Shown here piece by piece: positions 1 through 9,173 of a stretch of 64,000 nucleotides of DNA. The stretch's first letter is position 1. Each line of letters starts with the position of its first letter. A program made the position numbers and the translations under genes. Under the pieces are notes generated by a model that saw nothing but the letters and a program-made list of their open reading frames with translations, did no database searches and had not been told where the DNA came from. The DNA comes from an uncultured delta proteobacterium (GTDB lineage: Bacteria; Myxococcota; Myxococcia; Myxococcales; UBA5297), in the NCBI GenBank assembly GCA_963772225.1, contig CAVYWD010000002.1, positions 2,138,872-2,202,871 of the forward strand. The letters run 5' to 3'.

Positions 1-2475
1 CTCGGCGCTCTGGCGGGCGTGGGCGAGCCGCTCGCGCTCCGCCGAATCCTCTTCCTCGGAGCGCATGCGAACCACCGCGCCCAAGTCCTCCAAGTCCTCG
101 CCCTCTGGCACGGGCTCAACCAGCTCCAAATCCTGGCCGTCGAGCGTCGGGGCCTCCTCGGCGCGCGCAACCTCCGCAGAAGGCTCGGGCTCCGGCGCGG
201 GCGCCTCGATCAGGTCCGCGTCTTCGATCTCCACCGGCTCGGTCAGCGGGATGGGAGCGACGACGGGCGCGCTTGCGGGCTCGGGCTCGGGCTCGGGCTC
301 GAGCGCGGTCGCAGGCGTAGGCGTAGGCGCGAACTCGGGCGTAGGCGCGAGCTCGGGCGCGGCGGCGAAAAGCTGCGCCTCGTGCGGAAGGGGCTCCTGC
401 GGCGCAGTGGCAACGAGCGCGGGCGGCGCGGATTCGCCGACCAATGCCGCCGGCTCGGCCGGCGCCTCCTCGGCGCGGCGGCGCTCGGCCTGCCGGGCGA
501 GAAGCTCGCGCGCCTCGGCCTCGAGCCGCTCGGCCGCGAGGGCGCGCTTTCGCGCGAGTTCCTGCGAGGCGCTGGACGCGGCCTGGCGCGCGAAGGCGAG
601 CTCCTGGGCCTGCTGCTGGGCCTGCGCCTCGGCCTCGGCGGCGCGCGCCGCCTGCTCGGCGCGCCGGCGCTCGGCCTCCTCGCGCTCTCGGGCTTCGCGC
701 TCCTCGCGCTCCTTCTTCTCGGCGAGCTCGCGGGCCAGGCGCTCGGCCGAAAGGCGCGCTTCCTCCATGGCGTTGCGGGCGAATTCTTCGGCCTCGATTC
801 GCTCGCGCTCGGCCCGCTCTGCGCGGGCCTGGGCCTGCTCCTCCTCGACGCGGGCCTGTTCCTCGGCGCTCTTGCGCGCCGACTCGAGCAGAGACTCGGC
901 CTCGACGCGCGCCGCCTGGGCGCGGTCCTGGGCAACGCGAGCGCGCTCTTCGAGATCGGTGCCCTGCTTGCGCAGCTCCTCCGCCTCGGCGCGCATCCTC
1001 GCAAGCGCTTGCTCGGTCTGGTCGAGCTCTCGCCGCAGCGCCTGCGCCCGCGCGCGGTGAGCCTCGGCCTCTGCGAGGCAGCGCCGCTCCTCGTCCGAAG
1101 CGCCGCGGACGGTGGACGTCTCGAGCTCCTCCAGCGCCGCTCGGCTTTCGGCGGCGACGCGGGCGCGCTCCTGCTCCGCCTCCTGGCGGGCCTCGGCCGC
1201 GATCCGCTCCGCCTCGTCCTGGGCAGCGGCCAGGCGGGCCTGCTTCTGGCCGAGGTCGTCCTCGGCCGCCTGCCGCGCCTGGCGCTCGCTGGCAAGCCTG
1301 GCCTGCGCCTCGGCGAGGGCCTGCTCAGCCAGAGACACCTCGGAAGCGGCGCTGTCGAGCTCACCCTTCGCGACGGCTTTGGCTTCCTCCACCAGCCGCT
1401 CGCGGATGCGCGCGGCCTTCTCGCCCGCGTCGCGCTGGATCTCGTCGACGAGGGCCTCGGTCTCTTTTCGGAGGCGGATCCGCTCGGCGACGGCCTGCTC
1501 CAGCGCCTCGCGCGCCTTGGCCTCGGCCTCGGCGGCCGCCTGCTCTTGCGCGCGGCGCCGCTCCTCTTCGGTCTTCTGGGAGCGGGCCTCCTCTTCGAGG
1601 CGAGAGCGGAGCTCGAAGGCCTTGCGCCGCTGCGCCTCGACCTGGGCGCGGGCCTCTTCTTCGTGCGCGCGGGCGGCGGCCTCGGCCTGGGCCCGGGCCT
1701 CCTCGACCCGGCGCCGAGCCTCTTCTTCGGCTTTGGCGCGCGCCTCGGGGCGCGGGTCGAATGGCTCGGCCGCGCCCAGGGCGAGCGCGGTGGCCGCGAG
1801 CCATCGGGCCTTTGGCGCCGGGAGCCTTTGGGCCTCGAGGTCCTCGGGGATGCCGCCCTCGCGCAGCGCCTCGAGCGCGGCGCGCTCCTCAGGCGCCAGG
1901 TGGAGCGACGCGAGCAGCGGCTCGGAGCCCTCGCGGAGCTTGAGCAAATTCGCGCCCAGGTCGGCGAGGAGCCCGAGCACCAGCGCCTCGGCGGCCGGGG
2001 CGGCCATGGCCACTGACACCGCCCACTCGGCGGAGAGCGCGACCGGGCCCGCCCACGCCGGCAGCGGCTGCTCTTTGAACTCCCACGCGCCGTCCTTCAG
2101 CGCCGCCAGCGCGCGCAGGTGCTCGACGAGCTGCATGCGCAGGCCCTCGGCCAGGCCGGCCTCGTCGAGGGCCTTCGCCTCCAGCAGCACCTCGGCCAGC
2201 GGGCGCCCCTTCTCGAGCTGAGGCAGAGCGCGGTCGAAGGCCTCGAGGTCGACCAATCCGTACTGGACGAGCACCTGGCCCAGCGGCCGATAGCCGACGG
2301 TGACCTGCGCGAAACACGGCGCGCCACCGCGGAGGAAGAGACGGCTGGTGCCGCCTCCCGCTTCGATGGAAAGCAGCCCCGTGACGGAGCGCGAGCGCGC
2401 CGCCAACAACAGGGCGGCCAAGGGCCGCTCATTCAGACGTCCACGGGTGAGTTCGAGCTCGGCTGGATCGCGCAT
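1..2475 (-). CDS. DUF4388 (PatA-like N-terminal domain) protein with a long Ala/Glu/Arg coiled-coil and an acidic Pro/Glu C-terminal region; 3' end lies beyond the window start
   Basis: Absent from the ORF track (no stop inside the window). The minus-strand ATG at 2475 opens MRDPAELELTRGRLNERPLAALLLAARSRSVTGLLSIEAGGGTSRLFLRGGAPCFAQV, a typical DUF4388 opening. The frame stays open for all 825 codons down to position 1 with protein-like composition. The + ORFs 19..2016, 65..1060, 444..1943 and 1112..2221 are Arg/Gly/Leu/Ser-rich shadows of it. Confidence 0.8.
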   Translation of the reverse strand, partial: MRDPAELELTRGRLNERPLAALLLAARSRSVTGLLSIEAGGGTSRLFLRGGAPCFAQVTVGYRPLGQVLVQYGLVDLEAFDRALPQLEKGRPLAEVLLEAKALDEAGLAEGLRMQLVEHLRALAALKDGAWEFKEQPLPAWAGPVALSAEWAVSVAMAAPAAEALVLGLLADLGANLLKLREGSEPLLASLHLAPEERAALEALREGGIPEDLEAQRLPAPKARWLAATALALGAAEPFDPRPEARAKAEEEARRRVEEARAQAEAAARAHEEEARAQVEAQRRKAFELRSRLEEEARSQKTEEERRRAQEQAAAEAEAKAREALEQAVAERIRLRKETEALVDEIQRDAGEKAARIRERLVEEAKAVAKGELDSAASEVSLAEQALAEAQARLASERQARQAAEDDLGQKQARLAAAQDEAERIAAEARQEAEQERARVAAESRAALEELETSTVRGASDEERRCLAEAEAHRARAQALRRELDQTEQALARMRAEAEELRKQGTDLEERARVAQDRAQAARVEAESLLESARKSAEEQARVEEEQAQARAERAERERIEAEEFARNAMEEARLSAERLARELAEKKEREEREAREREEAERRRAEQAARAAEAEAQAQQQAQELAFARQAASSASQELARKRALAAERLEAEARELLARQAERRRAEEAPAEPAALVGESAPPALVATAPQEPLPHEAQLFAAAPELAPTPEFAPTPTPATALEPEPEPEPASAPVVAPIPLTEPVEIEDADLIEAPAPEPEPSAEVARAEEAPTLDGQDLELVEPVPEGEDLEDLGAVVRMRSEEEDSAERERLAHARQSAE

Positions 2476-2554
2476 GTTCCTCTTAGCTTACCTGCGGCAT
2501 CAGAGCGAAGCAAAAACGCAAACCCCTCGAAATCACGACTGACCGGAGCCCAAC

Positions 2555-3037
2555 TCATCGCCCTAGGCCGGCGATTTGCCGCAGGGCCTCGTAGGTGGCG
2601 ACACCCACGCATGTCGAGAGGTTCATGCTGCGCCGTTCGGGCAGCATGGGGATAGCGACCAGGCCCTGCGGATGGGACTCCATCAGATCCTTGGGCAGGC
2701 CATCGGGCTCGGAGCCGAAGACCAGGTGGTCGCCCGGGCGGAATGCGACGTCCCAGAGCGACCGATCGCACCGGGCCGAGAAAAGGTGGCGCCGAGCGCC
2801 TTCGCTCTTGCGCAGGTAGTCGCCCAAGGTCGGGTGAAACTCTTGAAAGACCTTGTCCCAGTAGTCGAGGCCGGCGCGACGGAGGTCTTTCTGGGCGATG
2901 GAGAACCCGAGAGGGCCCACCAAGTGAAGCCGCGCGCCCGTCACGGCGCACAGGCGCGCGACGTTGCCGGTGTTCGGGGGGATTTGCGGCTCGATGAGGA
3001 CCAGGTTGAGCGGCGGGTCGATTGGGGTCAGATGCAC
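2555..3037 (-). CDS. trmL: tRNA (cytidine/uridine-34 2'-O)-methyltransferase TrmL (SpoU/SPOUT family)
   Basis: ORF 2555..3109. LNLVLIEPQIPPNTGNVARLCAVTGARLHLVGPLGF...PERRSMNLSTCVGVATYEALRQ is colinear with E. coli TrmL over its whole length. GTG at 3037 gives the expected ~160 aa. The ATG at 3109 would add an Arg-rich non-homologous leader. Confidence 0.85.
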   Translation of the reverse strand: MHLTPIDPPLNLVLIEPQIPPNTGNVARLCAVTGARLHLVGPLGFSIAQKDLRRAGLDYWDKVFQEFHPTLGDYLRKSEGARRHLFSARCDRSLWDVAFRPGDHLVFGSEPDGLPKDLMESHPQGLVAIPMLPERRSMNLSTCVGVATYEALRQIAGLGR

Positions 3038-3123
3038 GGGGCGCTCCGTCCTTGGGCGCGAGATGGAAAGGCGGGGCGATGGACCGTCAACCCCGCGGCG
3101 GCGCCTCACCTATACTGCCGCCC

Positions 3124-3483
3124 ATGCCATTCGTCGTGACCAACCGGACGCGCCAGGGAGCCGTGGTGGCCTCTCGCGTGGAAGAGGCCTCGAGCTGGGG
3201 CCGGCGCCTCAAAGGCCTGCTCGGCCGCTCGCACCTCGGAGCGGGCGAGGGCTTGCACATCGCGCCGTGCAACTCGATTCACATGTTCTTCATGCGCTTC
3301 CCCATCGACGTGGCCTTTCTCGACGCCGGCGGGAAAGTCATTCGAGCCATCCACGGCATCCGGCCGTGGCGGGCGACGCGCATCTACCTCGAGGCGCACT
3401 CGGCGCTGGAGCTCGAGGCGGGCGCGCTGGCGCGCAGCGGCACCGCCGAAGGCGACATGCTGGAGTTCGCGCAGGCGCCCTAG
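3124..3483 (+). CDS. DUF192 domain protein
   Basis: ORF 3022..3483. The internal ATG at 3124 gives MPFVVTNRTRQG. RLKGLLGR...GLHIAPCNSIHMFFMRFPIDVAFLDAGGKV...ALELEAG matches the DUF192 pattern. Confidence 0.75.
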   Translation: MPFVVTNRTRQGAVVASRVEEASSWGRRLKGLLGRSHLGAGEGLHIAPCNSIHMFFMRFPIDVAFLDAGGKVIRAIHGIRPWRATRIYLEAHSALELEAGALARSGTAEGDMLEFAQAP

Positions 3484-3810
3484 AGGCCTTGTGGGCGCGA
3501 ACGTGATGCGCTTGAGTCAAGTTTTGCCGAGCCGGATTGCGCCGAGAACTATCAACCATTGACTATCAACTATCGACGCGAGGCTGCGCCGCACCCTCTC
3601 CAACATGGCTCGTCGGTCTGAGGCGCGGCCTCGCTAGTCCCTTCGGCGCGAACTCTTGTGCAGGCTGGCAACCCTTTTCGGTTCCGGCTCAGCCGGGCTA
3701 GGGAGCCTCGTCGCAGGTCGGAGTACACCTGCAGACATTGACCAAAGTTCCCGGCAGTGGTTCAGGTGTCCAACTTGAACCGCCTTTGCGTTGAGCTAGG
3801 ATTCGCACCC

Positions 3811-4626
3811 ATGCGAAAGACCCTCCCGCTCGCGGCACTGCTCGTCGTCTTGCCTGCCCTCGCCGCGGCGCAGCAGGAGATGCCCGGGCTCGATCTGACC
3901 GACGAGCCCAAGAGCTCCGAGCCGCCGAAAGCTCCCGAGCGCGCCGCGCGGCCCGCGGCCCCCACCGAGGCCAACGAAGCCAAGGAGAGCGCGGCGAAGC
4001 TCACCGAGGCGGAGATTGCCTCGGAGGACCGCGTCAAGAGCGTGCAGCGCAAGGCGGCGTTGAAGCGCGGCCGCCTCGAGCTGACGCCCATGGTGTTCGT
4101 GAGCCTCAACGACGCCTTCTACCCGGAGTTCGGCCCCGCGGTGCGCGTCAGCTACCACCTCGCGGACGCCCTGGCGCTGGCCCTGCGCTACCAGCAGTAC
4201 AACCTCATCCCCGAGGACAACGTCCGGCTCGCGAAGCGCGAGCTCGAGTCGCGGCTTCTCTACGCGCTGCCCAAGCACAGCTTCGGGCTCGACTTCATGT
4301 GGTCGCCCATCTACGGCAAGGTGGCGGTCTTCAAGTCCATCCGCCACTTCGACCTCTATGTCTTGGGGGGCGTTGGGTTCATGCTCTCCCAGACCTCCAC
4401 GGGAAGCGCAGCCACGGGCGGCGGCGAGGGTCCGCACGCGACCACCTCGCTCGGGTTGGGGCAGAGGCTCGGCCTCACCGACTGGCTCTCCATCGACCTT
4501 TCGGCCATCGAGACGCTCTACTCCGACCGGCCAGGGCTGAGCAGCTCCGTTCTCCAGCACGCGCTCACTTTCAATGTTGGCCTCAGCTTCTTCCTGCCTA
4601 CGACGTTCGAGTACAAGGAGCCGTAG
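3811..4626 (+). CDS. outer-membrane beta-barrel protein, myxobacterial GltB/GltA (NfsA/NfsB)-like family
   Basis: ORF 3757..4626. ATG at 3811 gives the signal peptide MRKTLPLAALLVVLPALAAAQQ, then a Pro/Ala/Glu linker and a beta-rich C-terminal domain. It is paralogous to the next gene (VSYHL / LSYHL; WSPIYGKVAVF / WAPLYGKVNLF; HFD). Confidence 0.75.
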   Translation: MRKTLPLAALLVVLPALAAAQQEMPGLDLTDEPKSSEPPKAPERAARPAAPTEANEAKESAAKLTEAEIASEDRVKSVQRKAALKRGRLELTPMVFVSLNDAFYPEFGPAVRVSYHLADALALALRYQQYNLIPEDNVRLAKRELESRLLYALPKHSFGLDFMWSPIYGKVAVFKSIRHFDLYVLGGVGFMLSQTSTGSAATGGGEGPHATTSLGLGQRLGLTDWLSIDLSAIETLYSDRPGLSSSVLQHALTFNVGLSFFLPTTFEYKEP

Positions 4627-4700
4627 ATTGCATCACCGCAGGCGATTCTGCCGCGCGCCGGGGCGACTCACGGCTTCTCGCGCGCCGGATGGAACCGAAC

Positions 4701-5484
4701 ATGACGTGTCGCCCCGCTACCCTGTTGCTCGCCCTGGGCCCGACGCTCTTCGCGCCCTGCATTGCGCTGGCCGCCGACGCGGTCAAACCCCAGGCCGCGC
4801 CGGCTGAAGCCCGGAGCGGCAAAGAAGTGGAGAAGGACGCCGAAGACCGCGCGGCCGCCAAATCCGGCAAGCTCGAAGACCGGATTCCGCCGGTCTCCGG
4901 AAACCTCTTCAAGAAGGAGGGCCGCTTCGAGATTCTCGCCGACCCTCGGGTTCAGCCTCGCGGACGCCTTTTTCCAGAAGTACACGTTCGGGCTCAAGCT
5001 GAGCTACCACCTCTCGGAGGCGTTCGCGATCGGCGCATTCGGCACCTACGCGCTCGACTCCGTCGCCGGCACGGTCAGCGTCTGTCGATCCGGCGTCTGC
5101 GCCGCGCCGACCATGAGCGACCTCTCGTCGGTCCCCGGCAAGATCGGGTTCCTGGCGGGCGCGGAAGTCGGCTGGGCGCCGCTCTACGGCAAGGTGAACC
5201 TGTTCGCCGAGAAGGTGCTGCACTTCGACACCGGCGTCCTGGCGGGCGTGAGCGCCATCCAGTACGCGGCGCCGGGCGGCGCCATGACCACGACCATCGG
5301 CGGCCACCTCGGCATTGGCCAGCGCTACTTCCTGACCTCGTTCATGACCCTTCGGCTCGAGCTCCGCGACTACATCTACAGCGCCCAGATCGTTCAGCTC
5401 GGGGATCAGAGCTCGAAGATCGAAAACCAGCTCATGCTCGAGATCGGCCTCTCGCTCTTCGCGGGCCAGTCGCCCAAGGACTAG
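4701..5484 (+). CDS. second GltA/GltB-like outer-membrane beta-barrel protein, frameshifted as assembled (~4938)
   Basis: ATG 4701 (frame of ORF 4299..7409) gives the signal peptide MTCRPATLLLALGPTLFAPCIALAADA...KKEGRFEIL. Homology to the upstream paralog then continues in the frame of ORF 4762..5484 (PTLGFSLADAFFQKYTFGLKLSYHL...). The frames switch at GAGATTCTC-G-CCGACC. Confidence 0.7.
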
Positions 5485-5492
5485 AAGGCACC

Positions 5493-7409
5493 ATGCGCTT
5501 CTTCCCCATCGCCTGCCTGGCCGCCTTTCTCCTCAGGACCTCCGAGGCGGCGGCCCTCGCCCCGCCGCCGCTGGCCCGGCTCTCGGCCGCGCAGATCAAT
5601 TTCCAGGGACTCGACCTCTCCACCGGCGAGCCGACCCCGAAAAAGAAGCCGAAGAAGAAGGCCAAAAAGCAGCCGGCGGCGGAGTCCCGCGCTCCGGCGC
5701 TCACGCCTGCCCCCACTCCGGCGCCGGCCTCGCCTCCCGCGCTCGCGGAGCCCGGCGCCAAGAAGCCGGCCGACTCCACCGCGCCGGTGGGGCTGGACCT
5801 GACCGCGGACGCGCCCGCGCAAGCCAAACCTCCGGAGCCGGTGAAGAAGCAGCCCGCGGCGCCGGTCATGAGCTTCGACGCGGTCGACGTCTCCGGCAAG
5901 AGCGCGGAGCGCCAGCGCCTGGACGCGGCCATCAAGCTTTTCAAAGGGGAGGCCTACCAAAGCGCCGCGTTGGGGTTTGCCGAAGTCCTGAAGGACCCGA
6001 AGATGGCCGAGCTGCACGACGAGGCCCGCTACGTGCTCGGCAAGTGCTTGTTCCGGATGGGCATGTATCACTCGTCGCTCAACCAGTTCAAAGTGCTGCT
6101 CGGCAAGGGCCCCTCCAACAAGTTCTTCAAGAGCGGCCTCGAGTGGCTCTTCTACATCGCTCGCAAGACGGTCAACGAGCAGATCATCCTCGACGAGATC
6201 GCCAAGTACGCGAACCAGGAGTTCCCGGAGAAGTTCCGCTCCCAGTTCCGCTACCTGCTCGCGCGCTACCACTTTTCGCGCGGCAAGGCCCTCGACGACG
6301 CGGGCCAGGCCGACGAGGCCAAGAAGAGCTTCGAAGAGGCGAAGAAGCTCATCGCGCTGGTGAACCGGAACGACCCGTTCTACGGACGCATCAAGTACCT
6401 GGACGGCACCCTCCAGTTCCGGGAGGGCGCCTTCCCTCATGCGCTGGAGTCGTTCAAGGACGTCGTGCGCTCGAACAACCCGCGCGTCAATTCGGACTCC
6501 GACCCGCGCCTGCGCGAGCTCGCCTTCATGCAGCTGGCGCGCACGCACTACGGCCACCGGCAGAACCGCTACGCCATCTTCTATTACGACAAGGTCTCCA
6601 GCGGGTCCGACCAGTGGCTCGAGTCCCTCTTCGAGGCCAGCTGGGCTCACTTCCGCATCGGCGACTACGAGCGGGCGCTCGGCAACCTCATCACGCTCTC
6701 CTCGCCGTTCTTCAAGGACGAGTACTTCCCCGAGGCGCTCATCCTCAAGGCGGTCATCTATTACGAGAACTGCCGGTACCGCGAGGCCCGGGCCATCCTG
6801 GAAGAGTTCGAGCGCACCTACCTCCCGGTGCACAACGAGCTCGAGAAGATCCTCGCGCAGAACCTGGACGCGCAGCGCTCCTACGACGTCCTCTCGGACA
6901 TCCAGAAGAAGAATCGCTCCGGAGGCAAAGGCACATCGCTGTTGCTCGAGCGGATCCTCAAGCTCGCGCTCACCGACAAGGATTTGAAGCAGGTGAACGA
7001 CTCCATTTTGGAGCTCGAGAAGGAGATGGACTCCATCGCCGAGTCGCGCGACGCCTTCCGCTTCTCCGACGTGGCCAAGAACCTGACCGAGGGGCTCCGG
7101 ACGGAGCGCACCGCGCTCATGAGCAAGGCGGGGATCCTCGCCAAGGCAAAGCTCGAGTTCGAGCTCACGCAGCTCAAGGAGCTGCTGGGCCAGGCGCTGC
7201 GCATCCAGTTCGAGACCACCGACCAGGAGAAGAAGTTCCTCGAGCAGCAGCTCCTGGTTGGCTCGGCCCGCTCCGAGGTGCTGCGCAAGTACAAGTACTC
7301 GGTGGCGGTGGGCGACGAGCGCGAGTACTGGCCCTACGAGGGCGAGTACTGGCGCGACGAGCTGGGCAGCTACCAGTACACGCTCACCAAAGGCTGCCGC
7401 GGCAAGTAG
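5493..7409 (+). CDS. secreted TPR-repeat protein, GltC/NfsC-like
   Basis: Real part of the chimeric ORF 4299..7409. ATG at 5493, 8 nt after the previous stop, gives the signal peptide MRFFPIACLAAFLLRTSEAAA. This is followed by a Lys/Pro-rich linker and TPR-like helical repeats (AYQSAALGFAEVLKDP..., YVLGKCLFRMGMYHSS...). Size is 638 aa. Confidence 0.75.
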   Translation: MRFFPIACLAAFLLRTSEAAALAPPPLARLSAAQINFQGLDLSTGEPTPKKKPKKKAKKQPAAESRAPALTPAPTPAPASPPALAEPGAKKPADSTAPVGLDLTADAPAQAKPPEPVKKQPAAPVMSFDAVDVSGKSAERQRLDAAIKLFKGEAYQSAALGFAEVLKDPKMAELHDEARYVLGKCLFRMGMYHSSLNQFKVLLGKGPSNKFFKSGLEWLFYIARKTVNEQIILDEIAKYANQEFPEKFRSQFRYLLARYHFSRGKALDDAGQADEAKKSFEEAKKLIALVNRNDPFYGRIKYLDGTLQFREGAFPHALESFKDVVRSNNPRVNSDSDPRLRELAFMQLARTHYGHRQNRYAIFYYDKVSSGSDQWLESLFEASWAHFRIGDYERALGNLITLSSPFFKDEYFPEALILKAVIYYENCRYREARAILEEFERTYLPVHNELEKILAQNLDAQRSYDVLSDIQKKNRSGGKGTSLLLERILKLALTDKDLKQVNDSILELEKEMDSIAESRDAFRFSDVAKNLTEGLRTERTALMSKAGILAKAKLEFELTQLKELLGQALRIQFETTDQEKKFLEQQLLVGSARSEVLRKYKYSVAVGDEREYWPYEGEYWRDELGSYQYTLTKGCRGK

Positions 7410-7565
7410 GCCAGCGCCCGCCCGGGCGGCCCGACCGACTCGCGCCTTCCCACCCGCGCCGGCGGCGGGCGTCGTTTGCCGGCATGGCAGCCTGATGCGG
7501 GGGCGCCTCGGCTCCAGAGGTTCGCTCCGGGCGACCCGTTGACATAGGCTTCTTGCGAGCCGCCC

Positions 7566-9152
7566 GTGAGCCCCGCCCCGCCAGTCGCTCCGCCGATCCC
7601 GACCTCCCGAAAGCTGGAGCGGGAGGTGATCGTCTGGCTCGTCGGGATCCTGGGCGCGTTCCTCGCCATCGCCTTGGGGATCGACAGCGCCATCTACCGG
7701 CGCCTCGCCCTGTCCAACGCCACTCGAAGCCTGGAGGTGCTGGGTGGCTCCATCGAGAACGCGCTTCGCCTCGACATGGCCGAGGGCCGGTCCTCCGAGG
7801 TACAGCAGGTGCTCGAGGAGCTGGGCCGCAGTGAGCGCATCGACGCGCTGCGCATCGTCGACCCGGCCGGTCGCGTGCTCCGCTCCTCCCGCCCCGCCGA
7901 GCTGGGCCTGTCGCTGGGCGAGGACCTCGCGCTGCGCTCGGGACCCCGCGTCTCGAGCGCGGGACCCGGCCGCCTGCGGCTCTCGCGGCCCATCGCCAAC
8001 GAGCCCACCTGCCATCGATGCCACGGCGCCGCGTCCGAGCTCAATGGCGTGCTCTTGCTCGACTACTCCTTAGAGGAGGAGAACGCCCGGGTCCGCCGCC
8101 ACGGGATCCTGATGGCGGCCCTCTTGGCCTCGTCCATGACCGCGGCCGGCGTCGCCCTCGTGCGCCTCCTGCGCGCCCGCGTGGCGCGCCCGCTGCGCCG
8201 GATGCAGGAGGCCATGGCCAAGGCCGACCGCGGCGACCTGCCGATGGCCGTCGAGGTGACCTCCAGCAGCGAGATCGGCGCCCTCCAGCGCGAGCTCAAC
8301 GGGATGATCCGCCGCATCGAGACCCAGCAGCGCGACCTGGCCCAGAAGGAGCGGGAGCTCGCCGTCCAGGAGGCGCTGGCCGCGAAGAACCGCGCCCTCG
8401 AGGACGCCAACCGCGAGGTGAACGAGAAGAACCGCTACTACCTGGAGATGCTCGGCTTCATCAGCCACGAGATGAAGGCGCCGCTCTCGGTCATCAAGGG
8501 CTACTCCGGTCTGCTGCTGAGCGGCGCTCTGCTGGGCACGCCGGGAGCCGCCACGCAGGAGGCCTTGGAGGCGCTGGGGCGAAGCAGCGAGGCGCTGGAG
8601 GCCATGCTCGCCAACTACCTGGACCTGGCGCGCCTCGAACGCGGCGAGCTGTCGCCCGAGCTTCGCCGCGTTGACCTCGTGGCGGACGTGCTGGAGCCGC
8701 TGCTCGAGGAGCTTCGGCCGGCGGCCCGGATGAGCGGCCGGAGCCTGACGCTGAGCGCGCGCGAGGGGCCCGTCCCGGCGCTCGCCGACGCGAGCCTGCT
8801 TCGCTCGGCGTTCGGCAACGCGGTGGTCAACGCCCTCAAGTACGGCAAGCCGCGCTCGCAGGTCCTCGTGGAAGTTCAGCGGGAAGGCGGGGACGCGCGC
8901 GTCGGTATCTTCAACGAGGGGCGAGGAATCCCGAAGGCGGAGCTGGAGCGGATCTTCGAGCGCTTCACGCGCCTCGACAACGAGGTCACCCGCGCCGAGA
9001 AGGGCAGCGGCCTGGGGCTCTGGATCGTCCGGGAGATCGCCCGGCGCCACGGCGGCGAGGCCTGGGCCGAGTCGGAGGAGGGCCAGTGGGCGCGGATCGT
9101 CCTGCGGCTACCGGGCGCGAACAAGGTCGCCTCCGGCGAGGGCGGCTCTTAG
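7566..9152 (+). CDS. sensor histidine kinase (TM - periplasmic domain with CXXCH - TM - HAMP - coiled coil - HisKA - HATPase_c)
   Basis: GTG start. H-box FISHEMKAPLSVIKGY. N/G boxes NAVVNALKYG and GSGLGLWIVREIARRHGG. HAMP around RPLRRMQEAMAKADRGDL. CHRCH at codons 149-153. Confidence 0.85.
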   Translation: MSPAPPVAPPIPTSRKLEREVIVWLVGILGAFLAIALGIDSAIYRRLALSNATRSLEVLGGSIENALRLDMAEGRSSEVQQVLEELGRSERIDALRIVDPAGRVLRSSRPAELGLSLGEDLALRSGPRVSSAGPGRLRLSRPIANEPTCHRCHGAASELNGVLLLDYSLEEENARVRRHGILMAALLASSMTAAGVALVRLLRARVARPLRRMQEAMAKADRGDLPMAVEVTSSSEIGALQRELNGMIRRIETQQRDLAQKERELAVQEALAAKNRALEDANREVNEKNRYYLEMLGFISHEMKAPLSVIKGYSGLLLSGALLGTPGAATQEALEALGRSSEALEAMLANYLDLARLERGELSPELRRVDLVADVLEPLLEELRPAARMSGRSLTLSAREGPVPALADASLLRSAFGNAVVNALKYGKPRSQVLVEVQREGGDARVGIFNEGRGIPKAELERIFERFTRLDNEVTRAEKGSGLGLWIVREIARRHGGEAWAESEEGQWARIVLRLPGANKVASGEGGS

Positions 9153-9173
9153 CGGGGTGCGGCGGAGCCCGGC

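Noticed and set aside
19-2221. Long + strand ORFs (19..2016, 665 aa; 65..1060; 444..1943; 1112..2221).
   Set aside because: Their translations are monotone Arg/Gly/Leu/Ser/Ala/Pro strings. The opposite strand carries a continuous 825-codon frame with a recognisable DUF4388 N-terminus, so these are high-GC antisense shadows.
5481-8024. 847-aa minus-strand ORF.
   Set aside because: It is antisense to the TPR gene and the kinase gene, with low-complexity Arg/Gly/Leu/Glu composition.
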